Origin: Phoronis australis
Taxonomy: Eukaryota; Animalia; Phoronida
DNA length: 64,000 bases
Reading direction: 5' to 3'
Assembly: GCA_002633005.1 (NCBI GenBank)
Contig: NMRA01000118.1
Location: 24,032-88,031, forward strand
In this document: piece after piece, positions 25,101-38,035 of the stretch
Layout of the letters: each line of letters begins with the position of its first letter
Position numbering within the stretch: the first letter of the stretch is position 1
Made by a program: the position numbers and the translations under genes
Notes under the pieces: model-generated
The model's input: the letters and a program-made list of their open reading frames with translations, nothing else
Databases searched by the model: none
What the model was told of the DNA's origin: nothing

Positions 25101-28100
25101 AAATTGACGACAGTTGTATTGAACGAGCTTGGTTTCATACGCATGACATCTGTACAACTCAATAAAACAAGTCGTCATGAAATAGCATTTTGTTGCTCTG
25201 TTCGTACGTCGTGCTAAAATTATATTTCTTTGAATGGATATTTTGTCACATATCGACCAGCAGACACCGCTTCTGTAAAGCTAGTTTTGATAGATCAAGT
25301 TCCTATAATAGAAATTCAAAGTCACCATTGCATTCTTAATTGAATTTCCGGACTACCTGATCTGTGCAAACCTTCAAACAAAACCCTGTTATGCTTTTAA
25401 CGTCATCAGCACACTCCTGAATACATGTATATACTCACTTCTCACGTTTATTAGATGAAACCAAACATAAATTGTCGCACTACAATGGCCATGTAATTTA
25501 ATTTTCCATAATCACAAAGAGGCAATAAATGTATTTCTGATAAATTCTAACTTCTGTTCAACTAATTTAATAACTGCCCATCTACATAAATCATAAATGA
25601 AACACAAACCACCTGAACGGGGTCACTTACCTTTCCAGTAGCAAGCAATTACAACTATGCATTTTGTTGACCACTAACTGTCCATACATCGTCAATGGGC
25701 AACTTGGAAAAAGCGTTGGTCAACTGTCCATACATCGCCAATGGGCAACGTGGCAAAAGCGTTGGTCACGCTTGTTGGCTATATAAAAAGTTTGCGAAAT
25801 TGTTTCAAACGTTTGAGAATTGACGGGGGGTAACAGAGCGATTGCTTTGTTTCGAAAAATCAAGTAACCTAGTTCAAGTTAATCAATATCTGTTTAAAAC
25901 ATTCTAAAACAACACTACTGCTCTTTTATAATTGTACGTACTGTAGCTATTGATGTTGCATCGCTGTATCAGCAAAGCTGGTGCGGCTCTTGTTGAATGT
26001 TCAAGTTATTGCAACAGTTGCATGCATTTATCTTCACGTAACGGAAACAAGCCCTCATATGACTACAGTAACTCGTGTCGAGAGAACGTTTTGTATTCGG
26101 TTAACACTTATTCCTGAATGTCAAATCAATGACTCGCTGGGCATTGCTAAATCCTTTCACCACATGTTGACGCGCTATATGTAACTATAGGTGTCAATCA
26201 GCTTGTTCAGGTGTTGCGTATTGAATTTTGTTGACGGTTCGCTTGCGTCTTTGCTTTGTTTTAGCAAGTTCTGCCACTGGTACAGAATAGCTTTTAATCC
26301 TTAGAAGTTCACGTCTAAGTTTTACAGTTCCAAAGTGATGTTTCTTTCTGCCCCATAATCATTTCATTCGCTCTGACTTAGTTATAGGCACCTTCAATAA
26401 GTAGAATTTATGTTGAACTGAAATATAAAAATAATTTCACGTGAACAAGACAGATGGAACTTTGTTTTAATTTTCAGCAAAATAGTTTTTAAACACTGCT
26501 GTCAAAGCTTGCTGCAGATTACACTGATTTTCTTCACAACGATATTATGAAATCCATATTTTATCCCTTAACTGATCAAAACAACCACCTTTATCTAATG
26601 AAAAAACATTTATGATGTCATAAGTAATGTTTAAGTGGTACGTACGTCGCTAGCTCGTTGCCAGAGATGAAAAGGAAACCGAGGAAGGTGATAGTAGGTC
26701 ATTTAATATGACTAATAAAATTACAAGGAATAGATAGAGAATGCAAAATAAATAAGTAAAAAATAATGATCTCTGATAAGTTGGGCAATAAATAGCGCCG
26801 GCCACATGGAGGTACGAGAAAATGCCGAAATGAGTGATGGTAGAGGGTGAGTAAAATGGATAAGTTTTAGAACGTACGTCGATGTAGCGGTAACGAAGAA
26901 GTTGAACCGAAAACCAGATTGGATAGGAACACATGACAATCATCAGCCTATGAGAGCCAAGAACAGATCAAACTCGGGGCACGTGATAACAATAGTCCAA
27001 TGAGAAGGCTGGGACAGCGACGTGTAGTCCTGCACGAGGACTAGCCCGAAATGGCGTAAAAAGGGGAAAGGAGTAAAACGGGTCCATATGCTCACAGAAA
27101 TGTATTTAATGAGTGAATTACTATTAATATGACTTAATCCACACGTAACAAAATGAATTTTTGAAATATTTTTTGACAATAGCTGACAAGCCGGTCATAA
27201 ATCTTACATCTTTGTGTAACTTATCTAATTGTCAAATGCAGAAACACTCGATTCCAAAGTTAACAAAAACGTCTAGAACGGTGGACCTTTGATATTTCGC
27301 AAAGGTCGACACTGTAGTTTTCAGTAAGGCCGTTGACGCAGATTAATTCTGCACAACACTGACTCTCAGCTCTTTGTTCTTGAGATGAGACTGAAATGAG
27401 GATGCCGTGACGGTTGCTCGTAAAGAATGGGACACAAATTCGGATATGTAATGTGGTCCAGAAATATAATGTTCTCAAGTTACCTTCCGCCAAACTTTCA
27501 AATCAGGCGTGCTTAAATGATTGATTACATCTCATTACATACTGGGACGGAATTTTTTAGTCTGAGAATGACTTGGCCAAATTTTTTTTTATCTGGTTGT
27601 AATTTTGCGTGTTACTTAAATCGCTGGGAAAAGCTTCCTCTTCTGAAGGTTCACTGTTCCGAAAATATCTAAAATTTCGAACTCAGGTTTAATTTTTATA
27701 CTTTTTCATGCAAACGTAAACAATAATTCTGTTATTAGATACACTGAGTGGTGTACTTATGCCGAAAACAACGTCCGGGTACTATTGATTTCATGCGCAT
27801 ACAAAATTGCCCGCATGTCTTATGAATACGGAAAAATGAGTACGTTCTTGCATCTTTAAAAGTATACCAAAAACGGTTTAGGCCTATTGACAGATACTAA
27901 AAATGACTGTTCCATTCAGTTCTCTGAAACAAAATTATGCTCTGTAACCCTTGATAACCCTCAAAAATTTGCTGTAAATTTTGAAAACTCCTTTCCAAGT
28001 TCGCTCAACGTGCAAGCATGACCTACACTTTTTTGCGAATTACACGGCTACTGTGACATGTATGGATTTTTAACTGATTCCTTCCTTAAAAAGTATACAA

Positions 28101-31100
28101 ACGATTTGAAGATTTCATCCAATCCTCGTCCTCTCACCTTCTGATACGTCATTGGCGTCAATCTTGAAAGATAAAAGCAGGAATCAACTAAGAATTCATA
28201 CCCACTATCTCACGAATTGGACATTGTGGTCCCTGGTGGGTGTCCTTTTCCCACAGATGCCGTGTAACTCGCTAAAAGGGTAGATAACGCTTGCTCCTTT
28301 CTCAGACTTTGAAAGGAGTTTTCAAATTTTCTTCAAAACTTTTTAGAATTGTCGAGCCGTTAAGGAGCATTATTTTGTTTCAGAGAACTGGAGAGGAAAG
28401 TCGTTTTTAGTACATTGTATCTGTATACTTTTAAATTTCAAGATTGACGCCAGTTATGCATTAGAAGGTGACAGAACGGTTGGTGGAAATCATCAAACAG
28501 GGTTTAGTATCCTTTTAAAAGAATGTGAAGTAGGAATATTGATGAATTATCAGCCACGTTACATTCATCAATTCCATGTCAAGGTCGCATCATTTCACAG
28601 CGCGACTGAGCTAGTTTAGGGCCACTTCGTCTCAACGTCACCCTATGAAACCGTACGCACGGCCGGTCGAAACTCAATGAAGTTAGAAGACTACCCTACC
28701 ATTTCCAGTATTCACAAAGTCAAAGAATCCCATTCAGTCTTCTTAAATTTAAAACCGCCGTTGGTCTCTGCAGCTCTGACCCGTGCCCCAGATGTTGTCC
28801 CTGCTTGAGAATGAGTCGTTAGTTAGATCCAAGAATCAAGATTGGCAGTGTTTGGAACCCAGCTCATTTGTAAACAATGTAACTAATGTTTTAAGACTTT
28901 TCAGCTCTTGCACATCCTTTAAATTGTTACTACATGATAGACACAAATACAATACAATACTTAATTCATGTCAGCTCCGACTCATTAGCAGACAATCGGA
29001 GTTATGAACTCTCCGAGTTCTGGTTTCGGAATTGTGGACATTCGAAGTAGTGAACTTTCGAAGGTAGCGCATCTCCGGAGTAGCGAACTTTAGGAATAGT
29101 GGACTTTCGGAGTAGTGAACTTTCGGAACATTGAACCTTCGGAATATTGACATGTAACTTTGGAAATCTTTTCCATCAAATTTGTCGTTCGTATGAAGTC
29201 TGCGAGGCTGTGTACCATTGACAGTAATTGACAAGAGAATAATTACTTTCGTCATTGACCAAACTTTTTATTAGGGCTAGACCTACTAATACTGTGAACA
29301 TGCTCGTCGGGGTTTTCTAAGTGCAATAACACACGGTAGTTAAACATCTAGTTTTTGTTTGAACAACGATGAAGGACTGTCTGTAGTGAAATTACCATAG
29401 GCTCGTACTGAATTTAAGAACGGAAACGCACACACGTCTACGCGCGCATGCATGTCAATCCACCAATCCACAATCAAAGTGGCCACTGAATGAACAATAA
29501 TCATTTGAAATTTAAAAATCATGCACCTTACCATACTATGCTAGCAAGTATACCAAAATAGCAGATAACAAACATATTTTCTGCTGGTCTGTTTCTCGGT
29601 CGATTTTAAAGCATTCACACCACACTACTTTTTGGGAGCTCTTTCGTTGCTTTATAGCTTAGCTAGGTATAGACATTTACTTCTAGACTCCCTTTTTACC
29701 CTATGGTGTATCTTGAACCAAATGGGTAAACATTACGCTGTTAAATCATATGTGTAAGATAATTCTTGTTAGAGGCGTAAAGTAATAATTAGCGGCGTAA
29801 AGAAATTATTTGAGGCGTAAAGTAATTGTTTACGGTGTAAAGTAATTATTTGCATAGTAAAGTAATTATTTGCGGCGTAAAGTAATCACTTGCGAAGTAA
29901 AGTAATTATTTGCGGCGTAAAGTAACTATTTACGGCGTAAAGTAACTATTACGGCGTAAAGTAACTTTCAGAGGCGCAAATAATTACTTTAAGCCGTGAT
30001 GAGAATTAAAGTAATTATTTGCCGCGTAAAGTACTATTTACGGCGTAAAGTAATTATTACGGCGTAAAGTAACTTTCAGAGGCGCAAATAATTACTTTAC
30101 GTCGTGATGCAATAATTACTTTACGTCGTAAATAATTACTTTACGCCGCAAATAATTACTTTGTGCCTCTAACAAGTTAACTTACGCACGTAATTGAATG
30201 GCGTAACGTTCACCCATTTGGCCAACGATATTATCGACGACAATGGTGTAGTAACCACGCACGTTCAATGCCAATGAATGACATAAAGCCTCCTCTAATC
30301 GTCTGTACGATCCTGTCATCTGTGCAAACATCACTCGGGCTAAGTTGGGTCGGCAACGGCCCGATGATTACGTGAAGCGCTTTGAATCAGAAGCTAGTTC
30401 AAAGTTACTACTAACTTAGTTATCATGGTAGTTAGTAGTGCCAGTAACTGCAACAATTTTGTTGTTGTTGTTGTCCACGTATATCCTATCTTATGCTATC
30501 GAACCCCTCGAAACCCCTGGCTACGGGCCTGTTTCAGGACCAATCCTGCTCTTTGATGTATGGACCAATGTATTTCGAGGCGTCACACGCGTTCACGTGT
30601 CATATTTTTTACAGCCAGGAGCAAGTTTGTGAGCTCTATCAACAACTGCACACCTCCGAACAGGCGGGTTTGCTAGGACAGTTTGAGTCGATCATTCTGG
30701 GAGTCATAAAGGATATACGGTCACAACAACAAGAGAACAAGAGGCTTGAACAGTCTTTCAAGAGGTAAAGTATGCAAGTTGTCCAAGAGTTCAAAAATAT
30801 ACCCTCAGCAAGCACAGATGGGTATGCATTTAAAGAATCATCTCAGAGCTAATACTACGCGTTGATTAAGCAAAAGTGCGCGTTGAATAAACACATTTTA
30901 ACGCGCAGAAAGGTAATCGTTTAAGGACCCTTTGAGTGAACTTGTCACGTTTTCTCGTGTATTCCAAGTTCACACATGCGTGATCTTGAGATTAAACAAG
31001 AGTCACGCACAACAGCGACGTCAATATTCACCAACGACGTCTGGTGTTATACACAATTTACTTCCGGCAAGTACGTCGTCTACTTCACTAGGGTCGAGTT

Positions 31101-34100
31101 CAAAAACGTTAGTGTCAAGATCTCGCAATACTCCACCAGATATCGCCATATATTTTCAACGAAAAGTATTTGATTATGCTTAGATTTTTCTCGGCGCGAG
31201 ACAGTTATTAAACTTGACGTAGTTTTTAATGTGTATCTATTTATTGTTCTCTGTAGAGAAAAAGAGTATAATGAGCGCCACCTACAGCAACTGGAACAAG
31301 AGCTGGACAATCAAGTGCGCAGTGTGAGCTCTCACGTGAAGGAGGAGGTAAATAGCAGGGTCGCTACCCATTACCATTTACGGATAGCGAAACTGGATTC
31401 ATATACAAGTGCATGCTCTACTTATGGGATATCCTTCATTCTTGCCCCCTATTGGACCCATGGATATGTGTTTCCTCCTTAAAAATCTACGAATGGTCGA
31501 CTTATTGTACATGTACATGTTCCGCTTTCCTCTATCTGTAAAAAAACCAGTGGCCTTTAAGGGCACTTAAGTGGCCTCTTACGCCTGGAATGACGAATTA
31601 TGGGGAATCTTGTTGTTGGGTCTGAAGGCACAGTATGACAGTTAGGCGTTTCCCTACAATATCATCCACATGGTATATTAATCACACTTCTGCTTTCGGA
31701 ACTATTTTAAACGAGTATGAACACAGACGTTTTGGCCAATCTATAGAGCTATTCTAATTGAACTTTTAGCTGTCTCGAGATTTAATGGGCAGTGCTGACA
31801 TTTACCATTGTGCATAACGTATTTCATGACATGTACCTATGATACGATTGTTGCCTATAATATGTAAAGAAATGCAAACGATCATTGATTCGTCTAATAT
31901 GAACACAGGAGGCTCACACTGGATGCAGAGAAGCGATAACAAGCTTTCCTGCACAATTGTAGGTAATATGAATTTTACCCTTTGTGCGTTTTGGTATCAT
32001 TGTAACAACTTCCACGTCTTATTGTTTTCAGGAAAAGGAAAAATATGAACGAGAGATAAATGAATTGAGATCTCAATATCAAAGAGAAAAGGAAGAGCTT
32101 GAAAATACCTTACAAAAATTGCAAAGTTTGCATGTTCCAAAGTTGGATTCGTGTGATCGACCAAACGATGAACAATTGGGGAACCTTAAGGCGAAAATAG
32201 ACGAAGTGAGTCAAGAAAATAGATACCTCAAAAGCGACTTGACTGACGCGCAAACAACGCTGGCGTTGCTTAGATCTGAATTGGCGTCCGCGAGGCAGGA
32301 ACTTAGTGACAAGTGTTCGGAGCTCTCATGGTAAGAAAATGCGATTACGAGGAAGTTCGGAAGGCGAACTGTTGTCATTCATAGATCCTATGTAAAACTT
32401 TTGTTTATGCTGCGTATTTGTTGGGCTATCATGCGGGTGACGGTCGAGCCTGGGTTCTAGTTTCCGAATTCGAAAATACTAGTTACATTTCTGTTCTATT
32501 GCATAACAACGTTAAGATAAGTAGTTATAGATATTTGCTCAAGTATTTTCTGGTTTGTGCACTGCAGATGAATTTCACATCTGATGACCACTAGATGTGA
32601 GCTGCAAGCTCGAGTTCAAACTCGAGATTTCGCATTCATACTAAACGGGGCATGACACTCCCAACTACACCATAATATAACCGAGCACAGAAGAATGGAC
32701 TCTTATCTTATGTTCGTTCTTTTGCTAGACAAAACAGTGGCAGATCTACGATTTCAGTAAGGGGGGGGTTTAGGATTCGAAACAATCCGAGGCGCGTAGC
32801 GCCGAGGAGAAGGAAGGTCGCGAGAGGGTTTCCCTCCTCCCGTGTAAGATTTTTTTGGGATTTTTAGTACCTAATTTCGTTTTTCTGGCGATTTTTTTTC
32901 CAGTTTTTATTTTTGATCCTGTCCCGAGGGGGGGGTTTAAACCCCCTGAACCCCCCCTGTAGATCCGCCTCTGCAAAAATAATAATAATCTAAAGTTTGA
33001 TCGCAAGTTCGAAGATTAAACACCGGGACTTTTAGTGAGTAAAGTCACACTCTGTAGTCATTATATACAATATACACTTTTAGCAGTAAAACATTTCGCT
33101 TTGTCCCGAACGAATATCACCTGTTATACACAATCAAACATTATGGTCATAAAACCACAAGCAAACTATCCGGTGTCAAACGTGTTGCTGTGTCTTTTGG
33201 ACTATTCGCAAATAAAAAGTCCTTTTTCTATAATTATGCCATTGTAGTTTGATGCCAGTCCATCCCACTGTTAGGACATATAACTTATACGTACATCATT
33301 GGTTGTTTCAGTGAAAAGCAGACGTTGATTGACTGCGAAAAAGAACACGAAAATCTAACTCGTCAACTTCACCTTCTTCAGTAAGTAACATTTGGAGGAA
33401 AGACAAGTAGGCACCTCACTGAACTGATACGAGAATGAAATGACTATTATTTAGGCGTGAAGTGAAAAAGAACATGAACAATTTCTCGTTATTCATACTT
33501 ACACTCCAAATGTTTAGCTGACCAAAAATATAAAATCAAAACTAGGCCACACCTACAAAATATGTGCCAAAATTTTATTGGACTTTTCATGAAGATTTTG
33601 GAGTAAAAATGCTTCCAAAATTCGTGGTGTTGACCAGGCCTTCCAAAATTTGACCAGTTCAATCAATTACGGGTTGTCTTTCAATTCCGTAAAATTATCA
33701 AGTAAGCCTTGGTTAGCACAATTCTTAGATTTAGTTTCTATAACTGAGCAGCGCATCTTGTGAAGGAATAGTGTAGCTTTATCCAGCTCGCCTGTCGTCA
33801 GTGATTTCAGTAGAACTCATAGACACTCCAGAGATTTCTGTGTATTCAATGATATTTTCAAACCTTTTGCAGTGACGCTAACAAGAAACTCCACGACACT
33901 AACGACGATCTTCGAGCTGCGGTGGAAGCGAGCCGACACACAAGGTCAAGGTCACGGACATCCGTTCATTCAGCTCATTCGACTCCTGTCCACGATACGA
34001 GGTAGCGTGCAATGCCCTGTACCAACACCTAACTCAAACGTGCTGCGCGAACAGCTCGAGTTGAACTACCTTTGTCCTTACAACTATTTGATCAAGAGTG

Positions 34101-37100
34101 TTTATTTTTGGCAATGAGAAATACGTTTAACGTCAGCTTGACGTGTGTTTCAGTGACTTTTGTCACAGCTGAAGTTCTGACTCCATGTACATCAGACTCC
34201 GAAACAGCAGCAACCATGGAAGATATCTTTATTTGAAGAGCATCGTACTATTCTATATAATTCGCCTCCCGCACAGAAAAATCTAAATGTGTGTGTCGTG
34301 TGCGTGAATCATTCTGCAATGGCCTCGAATTTCGATACGGCTGTAATCGTTTTGGTGTAGGCTACTGTTTGTTAAAGTATTCGTTGTAACTTGTATGGAC
34401 ACTAAAATTGGTTTCACCAGCTATATGTAAATGTTCAAAAATTACATTCTGCAGTCACAGACTATCACCTAGTCAAAACTCATCTTTAGCCGAGGAAATA
34501 TCCCAGACGGAGCAGCCGCCATCACATGATTACAGACGGCCTAATGTGCTGCCCTCTCACGAGAGCTGTGAGATAGACAGTCTGCCAGAGGATTTCGGTA
34601 TGTTCCGTTTAAATTAGTGTACACGGTGACCACCTGGTACGAACAGGTGCTCACTATTGGAATTACGAACTTGGACAGTGCATGGTTGTTGGCACGTCAT
34701 ATGATCCAGTCACACGATGCCACTAGATCCTATGTTAAAAAAAAACCCAGTGATCAGTTAGCGATCTCCCTGTCGCCGGTTCAAAATCAGACGAGCTCTA
34801 TTTCAAGCGACACACAAGTATAAAAACGTACAACTAAATTGAGGTAATATCCTGCCAGTGGAACCTGCAGGCGGATTAGTTTTATACAGTTCATTCTATG
34901 CGAATTTTGGGACAATACATCGTTGTTGACATGTCACGCCCATATGCTTGCACCAAGGTGGGAACGTTCTGGATTTGACTGAACCTAATGATTCACAATC
35001 ACTGAATGTGTTACTGAATTTTGTCTCAAAGCACACGACGTAAAATTCAATTTAAGCAATGTATTAAAACGCTGTTAATGCGGGAAATTCTGACGAAGTT
35101 CTCATTTGTTCAGACAGTGGACATTCCACACTTCGCGACATAAACGAAATTGACAGCGAAGAGGAACAGGATTCTCGTTCGAGTCGCAGACTCAAACGCA
35201 GCGGCCACTCAGCCGACTCGGAGGATACTGAAGGAGAACTTGACCGGGCTCTGCAAAGGTCTTATGACGACTTTCCAAAAATCAAGCGGCGAAGAGAAAA
35301 AAGCAACAGCCGACCGAACTCTGCTGGCAGCCGATCATCTGTCAGAAGCACTCGATCTGTCGACAGCTCTGGATCTGTTCGCCGAAAATTACCGACTCCT
35401 CCCAACATGGCGCTTACACATATACCAATAGTAACTGGGGACCCCGAAAGAATGTACAAGGTCGTTCTCGCTGGGGACGCGGCTGTTGGCAAGACGAGCT
35501 TCATTATGAGACTGTGTAAAGGCACGTTCGTCACCAACATCAGCTCGACTCTGGGTATGATTTTTGACTTGCAATGATAATGCTTGAGAGTTCTACAAAA
35601 AGATCCATCAGGGATGCGCAATAAACGTAATGCCAATAGGCGGACTATCGATGACCCAAGACTGAGCCTTCCCCTTCATAGACAGGGCAAAAAACGCCCT
35701 TGGATGTCGTACTTCAGGTTTCGAGGACATTATTCTTCGAAATTGTGATTGCTTTCTCCTTGGGACATCCTACATATCCGACGCTAGTGTTGTCTAACTT
35801 ATAATTGAAGTACGTGAGCGTCTACATGTTTTGACATCACAACGTTTTACAAATTTGCATTTCAGGGGTCGATTTCCACACGAAAATTGTTGAGGTTGAC
35901 GGGCGACTGGTGGCACTTCAACTGTGGGACACTGCTGGTCAGGAACGTTTCCGAAGTATCGCCAAATCGTATTTTCGTCGCGCAGACGGCGTCTTGCTGC
36001 TTTACGACTGTACTTACGAGCGATCCTTTCTCAACGTGCGGGAATGGATTGACGCAATAGAGGCAAGCACTTGTAATGTTGTTATTATGACTAGTAACTA
36101 AACAAGGATTATATCTCAGTTGTGGGATACAAAACGTCTGCCTATATTACCAGCTTTGCCAAAATTATGACGTTCACTTGCTTATTTCAATGGTTAGGCC
36201 GTCGTACTTTTCTGCTCCAGCAACAGAAAACAGTTTCATCTCTGCCAGACTACGCTGTTCGAAAGATCATAATTTCCATATTTGTTTTGTATTTATTACC
36301 AATGTTTCGATATGGGTAGCGGTTGCACCAATCCGACTAAGGTCCAGGCTCTTTCGACTGAGAGTGGTTGCTTCGCTTCCACGAACGCTCAAACGTAATA
36401 ACCTTCGAAGACATAAAAACGAATATAAGAAGTTGTGTTCAACAGATAATATATTGTCAAAACTGTTACAAAATAAACAGATACGTACATTTTGCAAAAT
36501 CATACATCTCGCTGAAAAAAGTTTATTGTAGCTGCAATTAACATTTTGACATTACCCTTTTCCCCACATGCACGCTGTATATATAGATAGACAGAAAGAA
36601 CTGATTGTAACCGCAACTCGAGTTAGTTATTCGATTCAAAAGCTGGCCTAATAAAATTATGGGAGAGTTGTGATATTAATTGTACAAATATTTGTTCATC
36701 TGCACCTCTTTGTTGAGCGCCGTACTTCAACTGACTGCCTACATGAACACTCGAGGCTTATCTTGTGTGCCTGAGGAATATTTGAAGTCAAATTGACATT
36801 ATCTGCTAGAAAAGCGAATTTCTGAGATCAACCGCAGCGCAGAAAACCTTGCGATGGCAAAGGGTCGAGCGGTCAGCTGGCGGAGCTAAACCGTACACAG
36901 TTAACTGTAGCGTATCAACATGCAACTGTAGCTGGTTTAATCACCGTCCGTCATTTTAGCGAGTATCTGACAGACAGGGGAGAGAATTGGTGGTTTTTAA
37001 TAAAATCACAAAAACACAACGGATTTTGTTGTTTCGTAGCTCTTTTTAATTCAAACTTCTTCAAGAAGTCTATCCCCGCCAACAATACTCCCAAAATGCG

Positions 37101-38035
37101 TTATCGGCTGTAGAACCGACAACGTTCCTTTAATAAAACGGTGCGTCTTATTTTACTATAGATTTCTAAGTTTTCTCGGTTATTTTTTAAATTTTAACAT
37201 TACTGTGGCCAATGGTTAAAGTAACGTGGAAGCAGATTTGGCGAACAAACTCGTCTTGCGAAGTCATCGTGCCATTAACAGCAGTCGTTGTCACGAATAC
37301 ACGCCATTATTTCAGGATGGAGCTCAGAAAAAATTGCCAATTATGATGTGTGCCAACAAATCAGATCTGCGCCCTCAAGCTGAAAAATTAGGTCAAAAGG
37401 TTGTAAGTCAGGAAGTCGGACTGAAGTTGGCCAAGGACTATTCAGCGTTATTCATAGAAACAAGTGCCAAAGACGGAAGTAACATCTATTCTTCTGTCAT
37501 CGAACTTACAAGGTGAGACACCTGGTAACTGCATTGGTCTATCTTATTGTAAGGCCCAAATATATCTGTGCTCTGGCTTGGGATTCAGTTCTTCAAAAAA
37601 TGATGAAGAGTCCTGTCTTTTTCCTGCACATTACGCGTGTCCCAACAAATTTTAACATTAGATATTGATTTTAAGGTAACAATAAAATACTTTCTTACTT
37701 TCTCATTAAATCGAGTATTTTAACTTTCTTTAGTAAAATCTTTAAGTTTGTTCTATGTTCAGAGGGTGAAATTCCCTAGATGTCCATAGACCCAAAACAC
37801 TTGCTGGTTAAGTCACAGTGATCACATGCTTCGCTTTTATAGTTCGCGAAAATTTGCATGATCTCACTTTTCTTGCAAGAAGCAGTTCAGGTCACGATGA
37901 AAGCTTAAATATTTTCTTTCTCAAACGTTTTCCAGAATGTTGAGGACAAACGAGGATTTGGAAGTAAAGTCTGTCGGATTACAACTACACGAAATGCAGG
38001 TTGACGGGGAACGAAAACTGCCCAAGTGTTGCTAA
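15834..38035 (+). CDS. RASEF: RAS and EF-hand domain-containing protein (Rab45), isoform a, 720 aa: join(15834..16180,30615..30764,31257..31347,32032..32330,33312..33380,33873..34001,34455..34597,35114..35554,35866..36062,37316..37512,37936..38035)
   Basis: Exon lengths sum to 2163 nt in one frame. EF-hands, coiled coil ([29 protein letters not shown]), [19 protein letters not shown], and Rab domain GDAAVGKT / TLGVDF / [22 protein letters not shown] / NKSD / ETSAK with C-terminal CC. Colinear with recalled vertebrate RASEF. Confidence 0.95.
17665..18180 (+). repeat. Interspersed repeat, copy B (related to 14200-14700), with an internal duplication of about 44 bp
   Basis: Same blocks and orientation as copy A; attcatg..agtcctattc occurs twice at about 17918-18010. 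Confidence 0.75.
22501..23057 (+). CDS. RASEF: RASEF alternative first coding exon 1b (degenerate EF1, EF2 [12 protein letters not shown], long acidic linker); predicted isoform 790 aa
   Basis: Own ATG; [25 protein letters not shown] is homologous to exon 1a; donor aag|gtgacc, phase 2, in frame with exon 30615. Confidence 0.82.
24797..24882 (+). mobile_element. tRNA-derived SINE head or tRNA pseudogene
   Basis: A box TAGCGCAGTTGA, B box GGTTCGAGCCC, partial acceptor stem ggtcc/ggatc, T7 tract after; anticodon arm non-canonical. Confidence 0.6.
25675..25768. repeat. Tandem duplication of about 46 bp
   Basis: aactgtccatacatcg(t/c)caatgggcaac..aaaagcgttggtca twice. Confidence 0.85.
27856..28434. 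mobile_element. MITE with long (about 180 bp) imperfect TIRs and TTAA at both ends (Kolobok/piggyBac-type target)
   Basis: TTAA-aagtatac ... gtatactt-TTAA; cagttctctgaaacaaaat, tttgaaaactcctttc and ttacacggc each mirrored on the other arm. Confidence 0.8.
28997..29157. repeat. Degenerate array of about 16-bp units (ttcggagtagtgaact), typical of subterminal repeats of non-autonomous DNA elements
   Basis: About 10 diverged units; related short arrays at about 60828-60880 and, inverted, at about 27641-27665. Confidence 0.7.
29718..30221. mobile_element. Foldback-like element: inverted arms built from 20-bp tandem units (gcggcgtaaagtaattattt)
   Basis: Left end ccaaatgggtaaacattacg..cttgttagaggc is the reverse complement of right end gcctctaacaag..cgtaacgttcacccatttgg; unit orientation flips internally. 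Confidence 0.85.
30615..30764 (+). CDS. RASEF: RASEF common exon 2 ([12 protein letters not shown]...LEQSFK)
   Basis: ttttacag| acceptor, ag|gtaaag donor. Confidence 0.93.
31257..31347 (+). CDS. RASEF: RASEF exon 3 (coiled coil [20 protein letters not shown])
   Basis: ctctgtag| acceptor, gag|gtaaat donor. Confidence 0.92.
32032..32330 (+). CDS. RASEF: RASEF exon 4 (coiled coil)
   Basis: ttttcag| acceptor, tg|gtaaga donor. Confidence 0.93.
32735..32973. mobile_element. hAT-like MITE
   Basis: TIRs CAGTGGCAGATCTAC / GTAGATCCGCCTCTG with G/C-run subtermini; no clear TSD. Confidence 0.75.
33312..33380 (+). CDS. RASEF: RASEF exon 5 ([22 protein letters not shown])
   Basis: gtttcag| acceptor, ca|gtaagt donor, phase 2-2. 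Confidence 0.9.
33873..34001 (+). CDS. RASEF: RASEF exon 6 ([18 protein letters not shown]...)
   Basis: ttttgcag| acceptor, ag|gtagcg donor; conserved ANxKLHDxND motif. Confidence 0.9.
34455..34597 (+). CDS. RASEF: RASEF exon 7 (...[14 protein letters not shown])
   Basis: ttctgcag| acceptor (in-frame alternative at 34461), g|gtatgt donor. Confidence 0.88.
35114..35554 (+). CDS. RASEF: RASEF exon 8 (linker and Rab P-loop GDAAVGKT)
   Basis: tgttcag| acceptor, g|gtatga donor; open frame not in the ORF track. Confidence 0.95.
35866..36062 (+). CDS. RASEF: RASEF exon 9 (Rab switch regions, WDTAGQE); ends at a GC donor
   Basis: tttcag| acceptor; gag|gcaagc gives the phase-0 junction AIE-DGA. Confidence 0.92.
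37316..37512 (+). CDS. RASEF: RASEF exon 10 (NKSD, ETSAK)
   Basis: atttcag| acceptor, ag|gtgaga donor. Confidence 0.95.
37936..38035 (+). CDS. RASEF: RASEF last coding exon, ending ...GERKLPKCC* (Rab di-cysteine prenylation motif)
   Basis: tttccag| acceptor, TAA at 38033-38035. Confidence 0.92.

Noticed and set aside
26650-27090. Purine-rich stretch giving hydrophobic minus-strand ORFs
   Set aside because: Hydrophobicity follows from base skew; no motif or splice support.
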